Shown: piece after piece, positions 7,058 through 16,160 of the stretch
Numbering within the stretch: the first letter of the stretch is position 1
Layout of the letters: every line of letters starts with the position of its first letter
Source: an uncultured Verrucomicrobiae bacterium
GTDB lineage: Bacteria > Verrucomicrobiota > Verrucomicrobiia > Limisphaerales > UBA11358
Assembly: GCA_963762585.1 (NCBI GenBank)
Contig: CAVXLF010000008.1
Coordinates: 80,010 to 144,009 of the forward strand
Direction of reading: 5' to 3'
Length of the DNA: 64,000 nt
Notes under the pieces: generated by a model
Databases searched by the model: none
The model's input: only the letters and a program-made list of their open reading frames with translations
What the model was told of the DNA's origin: nothing
Translations under genes and position numbers: made by a program

Positions 7058-10000
7058 ATGCCGAAAGTCTCAGTCAGAAATGGAAACGGCTCGCGGGCGG
7101 CGGGCACGACAAAATACGACGCGCATCATAAGGTGTTGTCGCAAACCTACGGCGCGTTCGCCGATTTGCGCCGGGAACTTTCTGATTCGAAAGCGACCGT
7201 CAACGAGCGTGAGGACATCCTTCGCAGCTTCGCGGCCTGCCCGGATTCGCAGCGCTCGTGGCTGCTGCTCGAGGATTACTTTGAAAAACTTTCGCTTTCA
7301 CGCCGCGATTTCCCCGACACGAGCTGGTGGCCGCGGCTGTTGAATGCCCAGGGCAAGACGCGCCTGGAAGAACTCGCCTTTCTGTTTCTGCGCGCCAAAC
7401 GTTCCGTGCCGCCCGAACTGCAGCCGCACGCCAGCCTTGACCGCTTTGCCCAAGCCGAGGAAACCGAGCAGGAACAAAAGCTCGTGCACGAACTCGAAAA
7501 CTGGCTGTCACCGCCCACCCTGCCGCTGCTGGACACGCCGCGCGCCGTCCTGCGCGTGGTCTGCCGTGCGCAACCGGACGAGGGGGAACCGTCACGCCAC
7601 CGATTGGTCGTGCAGTTTCTATTGTCGCGGCCGCGCACCGGCGAAAAGGCGCGCACGCTCCGCGAAATGATTGACCTCGTCGTCCGGGCCACCCACGAGC
7701 AGGAGCTCTTTCCGCCGGCGGACTGGGAATTCATCCAGTGGATTGCCGACACGCATCGCAATCCGGCGTTGCGGGACGCGGACACATTGATTTTGTCCGA
7801 CGCCGAACTGCTTCAATGGCTCGCGCGCTGGGGCCATGCGATGCGCCTTGAATACGACGGCAAACCATTGGAATTCCACGGGCAGGTCGCCCTGCTCTCG
7901 CCCCACCTCGAAAATGGCGACAAGGAGCTTTCGTTCACGCATTATGTGGTTTTGCCCGACGGCAAAAGCCATTCCATGGCCGGCGTGAAATTTTTCAACC
8001 GCCAGCCGCCGCTCGCGCTGGTCAACGGCACCTTTTATCTGCTGCGCAATGCCCCGCCGCCGGCGGTGTTGAAATATCTGACGCACAAACCGTCCGTGCC
8101 CGTGCGCAAACTCAGCCATCGTCTGCTGCTGCACCTGCGCAAGACCCAGTCGAATCACGGCGTGAACTGGGAGCAGCTCTGCGTCACGCACAAGGCCACG
8201 CCGCAGTTTGTTTTTGAATTGCTCGACGACACCGTGCGCCTGCGGTTGCTCGCCCGCAGCCAGCGCGACCAGAGCGTCTGGTTCTGGAACGGCCGCGAAT
8301 GGGTCGCGAACGAATCCGCCAAACGCCCGGCCGACAAACCGGAAATCCTCGACGATCCGCGCCTGGAACCGGCGACGCAATGGCTTCGCCGGCTTGACTG
8401 GTTCACCTCCGAACCGGGTTTGTGGATCGGGGATGCCAATGAAAATTTTCTCGGTTCCCTGGCCGGCGCATGGGCGGACCGCCCGAAGGAAGCCGATTTT
8501 CTCGGCAACCCGGCGTTTCACCGCCTGTTTCTGCAACCGCGCCAGCTCAAACCGCGGCTCGTCGTCAAGGGGAGCGGCATTGACTGGCTGGCCGTCTCCG
8601 CCGAGTGGGAAGCGGAAGGCCTCAAGCTCAGCAAGGCGGACCTCGAACGCCTCGCCAGCGCCACCGGCCGGTTTGTCAAACTGCCCAACTCCGGCTGGGT
8701 GGAACTCGACACCACCGCCGTGCAGGGCGCGCACGAAGCCATGGCCGACATGGGCGTGGACGGCCTCATTGCCGTGCCGCAAAAAGTCGGCCTGGAACAC
8801 GTCGCGCACCTGGACGAGGACGGGTTCGCGCGGTTCATGGATTCGCCGGAAGCCAAGGCCTTGCGCGGGCACATCCGCGACTTCAAAGGCGTGCCCGCCA
8901 TCGATTTGCCCAAAGGCCTGAAGGCGGAGATGCGTCCGTACCAAAAGGACGGTTTCGATTTCCTCGCGCACCTCACGAAGGTCAGACTCGGCGGGATTCT
9001 GGCCGACGACATGGGCCTGGGCAAAACGCTCCAAACGCTCACCTGGCTGGCCTGGCTCAAGGAGCGCAACACAAAAAATCCCAAACCGTCGCTGGTCATC
9101 TGTCCCGCGTCCGTGCTGCACAACTGGCGGCGGGAAGCGAACCGTTTCACGCCCAACCTCAAGGTCCTCGTGCTCGAAAGCGGCGCGGCCCGCCACAACC
9201 TGCGCAAGCAAATCCCCCAGCATGATGTGATTGTGACCAATTACGCGCTGCTCCGGCGGGATTTGGAGGAGCTGCAAAAATTTGCGTTCCGCGCGGCGAT
9301 CCTGGACGAGGCGCAGTTCATCAAAAATCCCGGCGCGCAGGTCACCCAATCGGTCAAGCAGCTCAAATCCGAACATCGCCTCGCGCTCACGGGCACACCG
9401 CTGGAAAACCGGCTGCTCGATTTGTGGAGCATCGTGGATTTCATCCAGCCCGGTTATCTCGGCAACCAGGAACAATTTATCGAGGTCTATGAGCCGCGCC
9501 AGCGCGCCGGCGAGGAAGCCGCTCCCACCGTGGAGGCGCGCGGGGAGAAAACCGAATCCGCCCAGCGCATTGCGCGCCGTCGGCTTTCGGCGAAATTGCG
9601 GCCGTTGCTGCTGCGCCGCTTGAAAAAGCACGTCGCCAAGGACCTGCCCGACCGCATCGAGGAACGGCGCGATTGTCCGCTCGGCGACGAGCAGCGGAAA
9701 CTTTATCTCGCCGAATTGCGCCGCAGCCGCGACCAAATCACGCAGGCCGTCGCCGAACAGGGCCTCAACAAGAGCAAAATGCACGTGCTGGCCGCGCTCA
9801 CCCGGTTGCGCCAGATTTGCTGTCACCCGCAACTGGTCGGCAGCGACACCGCGTCCGGCAAGACCGAGACGCTGTTTGAATTGCTGGACCCGCTGGTTTC
9901 GGAAGGCCAGAAGGTCTTGGTGTTCAGCCAGTTTGTGCAGATGCTGCACCTGCTGGAAAAGGAATGTCAGACGCGGCAGATCAAAACCCACATTCTCACC

Positions 10001-10363
10001 GGCCAGACCAAGGACCGGCAACAGGTCGTCAGCGCCTTCCAGGGCGACACCGGCCCCGGCGTATTTTTACTGAGTTTGCGCGCGGCGGGAACCGGCTTGA
10101 ATCTGACCAATGCCAGCTACGTGGTGCTTTACGATCCTTGGTGGAATCCCGCCGTGGAAGCGCAGGCCATTGACCGCTCGCATCGCATTGGCCAGACGCA
10201 GACCGTGAATGCCTACCGGCTGATTGCGCCCGGCACGGTCGAGGAAAAAATCTGGGAATTGCAACAGAACAAGGCCCAAACCATCGCCGACGTTCTCGGC
10301 GAGGAAGGTTTCGCCCGCAGCCTCACGGCGACGGATTTGGAATATCTGTTCGCGGAGGATTGA
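7058..10363 (+). CDS. SNF2-family DEAD/DEAH-box helicase with long N-terminal domain
   Basis: Motif I 'LADDMGLGKTLQTL'. Motif II 'AAILDEAQFIKN'. 'LTGTPLENRLLDLWSIVDF'. C-terminal helicase 'VLVFSQFVQMLHLL...LLSLRAAGTGLNLTNASYVVLYDPWWNPAVEAQAIDRSHRIGQ'. Confidence 0.9.
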   Translation: MPKVSVRNGNGSRAAGTTKYDAHHKVLSQTYGAFADLRRELSDSKATVNEREDILRSFAACPDSQRSWLLLEDYFEKLSLSRRDFPDTSWWPRLLNAQGKTRLEELAFLFLRAKRSVPPELQPHASLDRFAQAEETEQEQKLVHELENWLSPPTLPLLDTPRAVLRVVCRAQPDEGEPSRHRLVVQFLLSRPRTGEKARTLREMIDLVVRATHEQELFPPADWEFIQWIADTHRNPALRDADTLILSDAELLQWLARWGHAMRLEYDGKPLEFHGQVALLSPHLENGDKELSFTHYVVLPDGKSHSMAGVKFFNRQPPLALVNGTFYLLRNAPPPAVLKYLTHKPSVPVRKLSHRLLLHLRKTQSNHGVNWEQLCVTHKATPQFVFELLDDTVRLRLLARSQRDQSVWFWNGREWVANESAKRPADKPEILDDPRLEPATQWLRRLDWFTSEPGLWIGDANENFLGSLAGAWADRPKEADFLGNPAFHRLFLQPRQLKPRLVVKGSGIDWLAVSAEWEAEGLKLSKADLERLASATGRFVKLPNSGWVELDTTAVQGAHEAMADMGVDGLIAVPQKVGLEHVAHLDEDGFARFMDSPEAKALRGHIRDFKGVPAIDLPKGLKAEMRPYQKDGFDFLAHLTKVRLGGILADDMGLGKTLQTLTWLAWLKERNTKNPKPSLVICPASVLHNWRREANRFTPNLKVLVLESGAARHNLRKQIPQHDVIVTNYALLRRDLEELQKFAFRAAILDEAQFIKNPGAQVTQSVKQLKSEHRLALTGTPLENRLLDLWSIVDFIQPGYLGNQEQFIEVYEPRQRAGEEAAPTVEARGEKTESAQRIARRRLSAKLRPLLLRRLKKHVAKDLPDRIEERRDCPLGDEQRKLYLAELRRSRDQITQAVAEQGLNKSKMHVLAALTRLRQICCHPQLVGSDTASGKTETLFELLDPLVSEGQKVLVFSQFVQMLHLLEKECQTRQIKTHILTGQTKDRQQVVSAFQGDTGPGVFLLSLRAAGTGLNLTNASYVVLYDPWWNPAVEAQAIDRSHRIGQTQTVNAYRLIAPGTVEEKIWELQQNKAQTIADVLGEEGFARSLTATDLEYLFAED

Positions 10364-10393
10364 AGCCGGACACGCTCGCCAAGTTTACACATA

Positions 10394-11854
10394 CTACTTC
10401 GCTTTTTCCACCACGAGCATTTCGACGGGCTCATGAGCAGGGACCAGTTCGAGGCCGAGTTGATCCAACAGAGCCTGTTTCAGCCCGTCAACGTTGCGGT
10501 TCGCCTTGTCGGTGTCATCCCATTTTACATCCATGTCGAATCCCCCCGCCAAACCGGTCCGGTCAACCACCGGTGTTCCCAGATACAATTCCAAAAAATA
10601 AGTCAGGGCTGAGATGGGCTGGTTGACACAAGAATATTCGCCGAATTGCGGGTTGTTATTATGGCCGCCGGTCCGGTTTGATTTCAAACCCGGGGCGTTT
10701 GAATGTTTCACGGTGAGAACCAAAACATTGGTTTCGATCGTCTCAAGCCTGCCGACCAGACCAAATCTTCTTTTTATTTCCGCTTGCAAGGCGGGCGCCG
10801 TCCCGTTCGGCAGATTGGCGATGAAGTCATATCTTTCTTGCGGCAGTTCCGTGGCAATAACCATCCGAGCCTGAGTGGCATAGGCTGCTTCCAGCATATC
10901 AATGATCCTGGCGCTTATTCCTAAAACCCTGCCGTTGTTAGCTGCCCATCCACCTCCGCCGGATTTAAGAAATTTGGCGGGCAAAATAGTGATTTGAGGG
11001 GAAGCGTGTTCCAGCACCTTGACGTCCGGGTGTGGAACCTCCCAGGAATATTTCCAGTGATCGTGAATTTCTTTGACGGTGACGATGGTGGTTCCAGCGG
11101 CGAGCAGGACGCTGACGCCGATGACGATTGCCGTTTTTGCTTTGGTCCAGGCCATAATTTTCAATGCTCCTTTGATGAGGGTTAAGGTTGAAGTCGAAGC
11201 CGCCGCGCCTTTGGCCAGCGCCACGGCGGTCACGGATTTGGCCAGCGTCGCGGGCACCGCCTGGACGGAATTTGCGGAAATCGCCCCGGCCAGGATGGCC
11301 GTGGTCGAACTCACGCCGCGTTTCGCGAAAAAATTCCGCAATTTTTCCAAGGCCCGGCTGACGCGCTTTTGCGCCGAGTTTTCCGCCAGCCCCAGGAACT
11401 TCCCCACTTCGGCCATGCTTTTGTTTTGAAAATACCGCAACACCAGCGCGTCACGCTCGCTCGTGCCCAGACCGGCCATCGCCTCATCCAGTTGCGGTGA
11501 TAATTCACGCCAGAGGGCGTCGTTGACGGATTCTTCGAGCTGGGATTGCATGAACGCCTCCTGTTCGCGACGGATGCGGCGCGTTTCCGCCCGTTGCAGA
11601 TTGGCCGCTGTCAGCCGCGCCGTGTGGTAAAGCCAGCCGGGCAAAACGGTCTTGCGCCCGAGCGTCCCGGCCTTGCGCGCCAAAATGACAAACACGGCCT
11701 GCGTGATGTCCTGCGCGTGCTGCGCATTGGCCGTGTGCCGCAGCGCCACGGAGTGGACGAGGGCAATGTGCCGCTGCACCAGCGCGGCGAAGGCTTCCTC
11801 GGAACCGTTCCGGGCGAATTGTTCCAGCAACCGGGCATCAGGCACATCGGTCAT
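10394..11854 (-). CDS. ECF-type sigma-70 family factor fused to a TM segment and a TIGR03435-like C-terminal domain (paralogue 1)
   Basis: Region 2 'FAALVQRHIALVHSVALRH...DITQAVFVILARKA'. Region 4 'LGTSERDALVLRYFQNKSMAEVGKFLGLAENSAQKRVSRALEKLR'. Linker 'STSTLTLIKGALKIMAWTKAKTA'. TM 'IVIGVSVLLAAGTTIVTV'. C-terminal end 'LDQLGLELVPAHEPVEMLVVEKAK'. Confidence 0.8.
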   Translation of the reverse strand: MTDVPDARLLEQFARNGSEEAFAALVQRHIALVHSVALRHTANAQHAQDITQAVFVILARKAGTLGRKTVLPGWLYHTARLTAANLQRAETRRIRREQEAFMQSQLEESVNDALWRELSPQLDEAMAGLGTSERDALVLRYFQNKSMAEVGKFLGLAENSAQKRVSRALEKLRNFFAKRGVSSTTAILAGAISANSVQAVPATLAKSVTAVALAKGAAASTSTLTLIKGALKIMAWTKAKTAIVIGVSVLLAAGTTIVTVKEIHDHWKYSWEVPHPDVKVLEHASPQITILPAKFLKSGGGGWAANNGRVLGISARIIDMLEAAYATQARMVIATELPQERYDFIANLPNGTAPALQAEIKRRFGLVGRLETIETNVLVLTVKHSNAPGLKSNRTGGHNNNPQFGEYSCVNQPISALTYFLELYLGTPVVDRTGLAGGFDMDVKWDDTDKANRNVDGLKQALLDQLGLELVPAHEPVEMLVVEKAK

Positions 11855-11860
11855 TCAACA

Positions 11861-11892
11861 ATTATATGTGCGTCGGCAGCGGAATCTGACAA
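11861..11892 (-). promoter_or_regulatory. putative promoter of sigma paralogue 1 with TATAAT 6 nt from the ATG
   Basis: Gene-sense sequence 'TTGTCAGATTCCGCTGCCGACGCACATATAATTGTTGAATG'. Perfect TATAAT, no Shine-Dalgarno sequence. The TTGTCAGATT element resembles the one upstream of paralogue 4. Confidence 0.4.
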
Positions 11893-11958
11893 GGAATTTT
11901 CAATTTGGGGCGCGTTCGACCACAATCATTTCAATCGGTGTACAAAAAGTGGCGGCTG

Positions 11959-13410
11959 TCATCTGGCCACGACAACCCCTGCTGTGGCGCGTTGCAAGGC
12001 GTTTGGAGGCAGCACTTGGAGCGTTTCATCCACACGCCAGTTTGCAGGGTCAGACTTGTCGAAGCTGCCCATCAGCAGGAATTGATCGGCAATATTCACA
12101 CCCCGGAACTGCCGGGTCTTGTTGTTGAAGACAATATAGTCCGTCGGACCGTGGAAGATGCCGTTCATGTTGTTTAGGGCATCCGGCGAGACGGTTCCGT
12201 AAATGACGAGACTATTCTTGGGGTTAAGCGGGTTGGGACAGACAAAGATGGCTCCCACGTCGCGCCCTTTGCATTTCTTGTTTCCCACCACGATGCCGTC
12301 GTCTTCAAAGAGAATCGGCAACTGGTCGCGCACCCGCCGGAAGAGGCTATGATTTTCCGGCGAGCCGTAGATGTAAATCGTCCGCGTCTGGATGTCCTGT
12401 TCGGTCAACTCACGGTCGCTTTTTATGGTGCGGCCAGGTCCGGTATTCTTGGCGAACATTTTCATAATGCTCTCCAAATAACGATGGGTTGTCTCATCCC
12501 CGTCCGGGTAAGTGTAGATGGCATTGGGAATTTCATGGGCCTTGTTGATTCCATCAGTCAAGATCTGCCGGTTGAATTTCGCCCAGGTTGCCGGAGGCAG
12601 ATGCGCATTGGAGCGCGCGGTGTGGGATTTGATGACGATGGTGGTTGTGCCGGCTGCCAGAATGACGGCGGCGACGGCAACCACCGCCGTTTTTGCTTTG
12701 GTCCATGCCATAATTTTCAATGCTCCTTTGATGAGGGTTAAGGTTGAAGTCGAAGCCGTCACGCCTTTGGCAACCGCCACGGCGGTCACGGATTTTGCCA
12801 GCGCCAGCGGCGCAGCTTGAACGGAGTGGGCGGAAATCGCCCCGGCGATGATGGCCGTGGTCGAACTCACGCCGCGCCGGGAAAAATAACGGTGCAGCTT
12901 CTCCAGCGCGCGATGCACCCGGCTTTGGGCCGCCGCTTCCGTGACCTGTAATGCCGCTGCAACTTCGCGCAGGCTTTTGTCCTTGAAAAATCGCAGCACC
13001 ACGGCCTCGCGGTCCTTGTTCCCAAGCCGCGCCATCGCCTCGTCCAGCAGCGGTGAGAGTTGATGCCAGACTGAATCGCCGGTGGATTCCTGGAATGTGG
13101 ATTGCATATAAGCCTCCTGTTCGCGCCATTGCCGCCGCCGTTCCCCGCGGAGAAAACTCAAGGCCGTCAACCGCGTTGTTTCATAGAGCCAGGCATCGAG
13201 GATGGTGTCCGGGCGCAAGCCGGCGGCTTTGCGCGCGAGGATGACAAAGACCGCCTGCGTGATTTCCTCGGCGTGGGCGGCAATCCCGGCATGGCGGAGC
13301 GCCGCCGAATAAACCAAGTTGACATGGCGCCGGACCAATTCGGCAAAGGCTTCCTCCGAGCCTTGCCGCTGGTAATCCCGCAACAGGTCCATGTCGCGCA
13401 CATCGGGCAT
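11959..13410 (-). CDS. ECF-type sigma-70 family factor fused to a TM segment and an unrecognised C-terminal domain (paralogue 2)
   Basis: 'FAELVRRHVNLVYSAALRH', 'LGNKDREAVVLRFFKDKSLREVAAALQVTEAAAQSRVHRALEKL', 'STSTLTLIKGALKIMAWTKAKTAVVAVAAVILAAGTTTIVI'. About 210 aa follow with no motif I recognise. Confidence 0.75.
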   Translation of the reverse strand: MPDVRDMDLLRDYQRQGSEEAFAELVRRHVNLVYSAALRHAGIAAHAEEITQAVFVILARKAAGLRPDTILDAWLYETTRLTALSFLRGERRRQWREQEAYMQSTFQESTGDSVWHQLSPLLDEAMARLGNKDREAVVLRFFKDKSLREVAAALQVTEAAAQSRVHRALEKLHRYFSRRGVSSTTAIIAGAISAHSVQAAPLALAKSVTAVAVAKGVTASTSTLTLIKGALKIMAWTKAKTAVVAVAAVILAAGTTTIVIKSHTARSNAHLPPATWAKFNRQILTDGINKAHEIPNAIYTYPDGDETTHRYLESIMKMFAKNTGPGRTIKSDRELTEQDIQTRTIYIYGSPENHSLFRRVRDQLPILFEDDGIVVGNKKCKGRDVGAIFVCPNPLNPKNSLVIYGTVSPDALNNMNGIFHGPTDYIVFNNKTRQFRGVNIADQFLLMGSFDKSDPANWRVDETLQVLPPNALQRATAGVVVAR

Positions 13411-13500
13411 CTGACTATTTATTGCCGATGGGACCGGAAATCAGGCACTTAATTTTTTTATTTTTTTACCGCCGCGCCGGGAAACCGGAAACAAAACATT

Positions 13501-15000
13501 TTACTTCGCCTTTTCGACCACCAACATTTCGATGGGTTCGCGGCTGGGAACAAGCTCAAGGCCGAGCTGGTCGAGGACTACCTGCCTCAAACCGTCAGGA
13601 TTGGTGAAATAGTAATGTCCGGTGACATCCCATTTCATTTCGTCATCCCATGTGAGATCAACGTCGAAACGACCGGCAAGCCCGGTTCGGTTGACGACTG
13701 GAACCTGTAAATAATATTGAAGATCGTAGATCAGGTAATCAATGAGACCATCGGTGCGGCTCAAATGGCCAATGCCTTCACTGGACGTGGAGCTTCCGGC
13801 TTTAGAGGACGTTGGTTTCAAGCCGGGCGCATTGTGCCGCTTCACCGTCAGCAGCAAAACATCGGTTTCCCGCATCTCGCGCCGGCACGTGATTCCGAAC
13901 TTTTGTTTTATCATTTTCTGCAAGGCCTCTCTTGGACGCTGGGGAACACTGGTGATAAAATCAAAATCGCCCTGCGGCAGTGGCGTCAAAGCAAGAACGC
14001 GACATGGGCTGACGTTATAAGCTTTGGCCAAAAGCGATTCAAACGGCTGATAAACCCCAATGCTTTTCCCCTGCATCTCGTCAAAATCCGCCGCTTCGCG
14101 GGTGAATCTGGTTGGGCGTATGGAAACTGCCGGTTGCGCACTTATCAGTTCCGCATAAAAGTCAGTTCCGGTGATGTTTTTCCAGATGGATTCCTCGCGA
14201 TAATGTGAAACCACCTTGACGGTCAGGGTAGTCGTTCCGGCTCCTGCAAGAGCCACGGCGGCGATCACAATTGCAGATTTCATTTTTGTCCATGCCATAA
14301 TTTTCAGCACTCCTTTCGCTAGTGTCAGGGTTGAGGTGGTTCCGACGGTTCCCTTGGCAACGGCCACGGAAGCCACGGAAGCCGTCAGGCCCGCAGGCGC
14401 CGCCTGGGCGCCATGGGCCGAAATCGTTGCGAGCAGGACCGCCGACGGCACGGCGAATCCCTGGCGAGCGAAGATCAGCCGCAGCTTTTCCAACGCGCGC
14501 GAGACGCGCACCTTGGCGGCGTCCTCGCTCACGCCCAACGTCGCCGCCACTTCCCGGTGGCTTTTGTCCTGGAAAAAGCGGACCAGAACAGCCTCGCGGT
14601 CCTTCCGGGGAAGTTTGTCGAGCGCGTCATTGAGATGCGGCACGATTTGTTCCCAAACCGATGCCGTGTCGTCCGGTCGAAGAATGTTTTCCATCATGAC
14701 TGCCTCCTGTTCGCGGCGCTGGTGGCGGATTTGTTCGCGCGCCACATTGCTGAAGGCAAATCGCGTGGCCCGGAAAAGCCAGCCGGAGAGGACGGCGCCG
14801 CGCGGGATGCGGTCCGCCTTTTGCGCCAGCGCGATGAACACCGCCTGGGTCACCTCCTCCGCCGTGTGTGGATTGCCGGCCTGCCGCAGGGCCGCGTGAT
14901 AGACCAGCCCGGCGTAACGGTCCACGAGCGCGCGAAACGCCTCCTCGGAGTTTCGGGTCGCGTATTCGCGGAGCAATTGCCAGTCGTCCATCGTGTTCAT
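13501..15000 (-). CDS. ECF-type sigma-70 family factor fused to a TM segment and a TIGR03435-like C-terminal domain (paralogue 3)
   Basis: 'FRALVDRYAGLVYHAALRQ', 'LPRKDREAVLVRFFQDKSHREVAATLGVSEDAAKVRVSRALEKLR', 'LKIMAWTKMKSAIVIAAVALAGAGTTTLTV'. C-terminal end 'LDQLGLELVPSREPIEMLVVEKAK'. Confidence 0.8.
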   Translation of the reverse strand: MNTMDDWQLLREYATRNSEEAFRALVDRYAGLVYHAALRQAGNPHTAEEVTQAVFIALAQKADRIPRGAVLSGWLFRATRFAFSNVAREQIRHQRREQEAVMMENILRPDDTASVWEQIVPHLNDALDKLPRKDREAVLVRFFQDKSHREVAATLGVSEDAAKVRVSRALEKLRLIFARQGFAVPSAVLLATISAHGAQAAPAGLTASVASVAVAKGTVGTTSTLTLAKGVLKIMAWTKMKSAIVIAAVALAGAGTTTLTVKVVSHYREESIWKNITGTDFYAELISAQPAVSIRPTRFTREAADFDEMQGKSIGVYQPFESLLAKAYNVSPCRVLALTPLPQGDFDFITSVPQRPREALQKMIKQKFGITCRREMRETDVLLLTVKRHNAPGLKPTSSKAGSSTSSEGIGHLSRTDGLIDYLIYDLQYYLQVPVVNRTGLAGRFDVDLTWDDEMKWDVTGHYYFTNPDGLRQVVLDQLGLELVPSREPIEMLVVEKAK

Positions 15001-15075
15001 CCGTTCTGCTTATAAACAGCCGCCGGATGAAAAAGGTAACAAGAAATTGTGCGGATGGAAATTCGCGACCAATGC

Positions 15076-15110
15076 AAAACGTGATAATGTCACGCCTCAC
15101 GTTTCACGAT
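15076..15110. repeat. short TCACG-type heptamer element / small hairpin
   Basis: 'AAACGTGATAATGTCACGCCTCACGTTTCACGAT' contains units TCACGCC TCACGTT TCACGAT. AAACGTGA pairs with TCACGTTT. This is the same unit family as the repeats at 19151 and 19728. Confidence 0.5.
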
Positions 15111-15120
15111 CTCAACAGGT

Positions 15121-15681
15121 TCAAGCGGCTTGTTCCAAAACGTGAATCTCGAACACGCAACGTTTGCCATCGCGCAGGACGGATTCCTTAAGTTCCACCT
15201 TGACCTTCTTTTGCAGCAGCGTTTCCCAAGTGTGCTTTTGCCAGCCCAGGGAGCAATTGCAGACGACTTGCGGGGTGTGATGTTCACGGCTGTTCAGCGG
15301 GCAGAAGCAGTCGGTCCGTTCATCGGACGCCATCGTGATGAGGCCCTTGTCCCAATCGTAGGTGATGTTGTCGCCGGACACGCCTTTTTTGACGGCTTGA
15401 CGGAACCCTTCGAGGTCGCTGCGGGATTTCTTAAGCCATTCATCGCCCAGGCCTGAACAATAAGCACCCAATTCAAACAAGGTTTCGTTCAATGTCTTTT
15501 CGTCCATCCGGCGGGAAAGAATTCCCAACAGTTTGGCGTAGCGTTGTTTGACGAACCGGAGGCGCCAGTCGTCGGGCGCCTTGGTCTCGGCGCCGGGAGC
15601 AGCATCGGGAACAATCGTACCGACAGCCGCGCAGGCACAGACGGCGCAGGCGCAATTTTTAAGAAATTCTTTTCGGTTCAT
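15121..15681 (-). CDS. hypothetical Cys-rich protein
   Basis: 186-aa ORF. N-terminus 'MNRKEFLKNCACAVCACAAVG' (Tat-like context but only one Arg). C-terminal Cys cluster 'TDCFCPLNSREHHTPQVVCNCSLGW'. Confidence 0.5.
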   Translation of the reverse strand: MNRKEFLKNCACAVCACAAVGTIVPDAAPGAETKAPDDWRLRFVKQRYAKLLGILSRRMDEKTLNETLFELGAYCSGLGDEWLKKSRSDLEGFRQAVKKGVSGDNITYDWDKGLITMASDERTDCFCPLNSREHHTPQVVCNCSLGWQKHTWETLLQKKVKVELKESVLRDGKRCVFEIHVLEQAA

Positions 15682-15697
15682 AACAGGTTGGGGCTGG

Positions 15698-16117
15698 TTA
15701 ATTCGCCAGCTTGATCGCGGCGAGCTTCTTGACCACTGCCAGATCTTTCGATGCTTTCACTTCGAGGCGGACACCGGTTCCTTCGGCATACCGTTTGGCT
15801 TCGTTGATGATCTTGAGGACGCGTGGCGGAAGTTTGCTTTGCCGCGCAGCCTGCACCGCCTTGTCACCGAGAGCGAACGACACCCGGAAGCAACCCGGAC
15901 ACGGAGAAAGATAAATGATGTTCCGCTGCTCGCGCTTCAGGCGCAGCGACCAGCCCGCCTTGGGCGAGTAAGAATTCCATTCCTGGCCGGCGACACCGCA
16001 CTCATCCGCCAGATCAGCTATCAGTTGATTCCAGAGAACCTTGGCCGGACCAAGCGCAGCGGTCAGTTCGCCATCGGTTGGTTGCTTTGCGTGGCCGATA
16101 AATGCGTTCGGAGACAT
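15698..16117 (-). CDS. DUF3788-like protein
   Basis: Start at 'MSPNAFIGHAKQPTDGELTAALGPAKVLWNQLIADL'. 'WNSYSPKAGWSLRLKREQRNIIYLSPCPGCFRVSFALGDKAV' resembles DUF3788 as I remember the family. Confidence 0.55.
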   Translation of the reverse strand: MSPNAFIGHAKQPTDGELTAALGPAKVLWNQLIADLADECGVAGQEWNSYSPKAGWSLRLKREQRNIIYLSPCPGCFRVSFALGDKAVQAARQSKLPPRVLKIINEAKRYAEGTGVRLEVKASKDLAVVKKLAAIKLAN

Positions 16118-16160
16118 GGAATCCAGGCTATTGCTTGAGATGATTGGTTTTCGTTTCCAT

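Noticed and set aside
7619-10021. An 800-aa ORF antisense to the SNF2 helicase. Similar long antisense ORFs: 43117..44358 in mfd, 17773..19107 and 19986..21194 in the permeases, 36957..38276 in rpoD, 24813..25961 in the decarboxylase, 54056..55309 in the GloVer gene.
   Set aside because: Their translations are Arg/Gly/Ala/Pro-rich low-complexity sequences with no recognisable motifs, while the opposite strand carries clear conserved domains. This is the usual stop-codon depletion on the antisense strand of GC-rich genes.
7058-10363. The SNF2 helicase as part of an anti-phage defence system (DISARM/Zorya-like). Also the ExbB/ExbD/TonB set (3590-5681) as ZorAB-like.
   Set aside because: No partner genes (methylase, PLD/DUF1998, ZorC/D-like, nuclease) are adjacent. 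The neighbours are asd and the sigma genes. The ExbB/ExbD motifs are canonical and are paired with a TonB-like protein.
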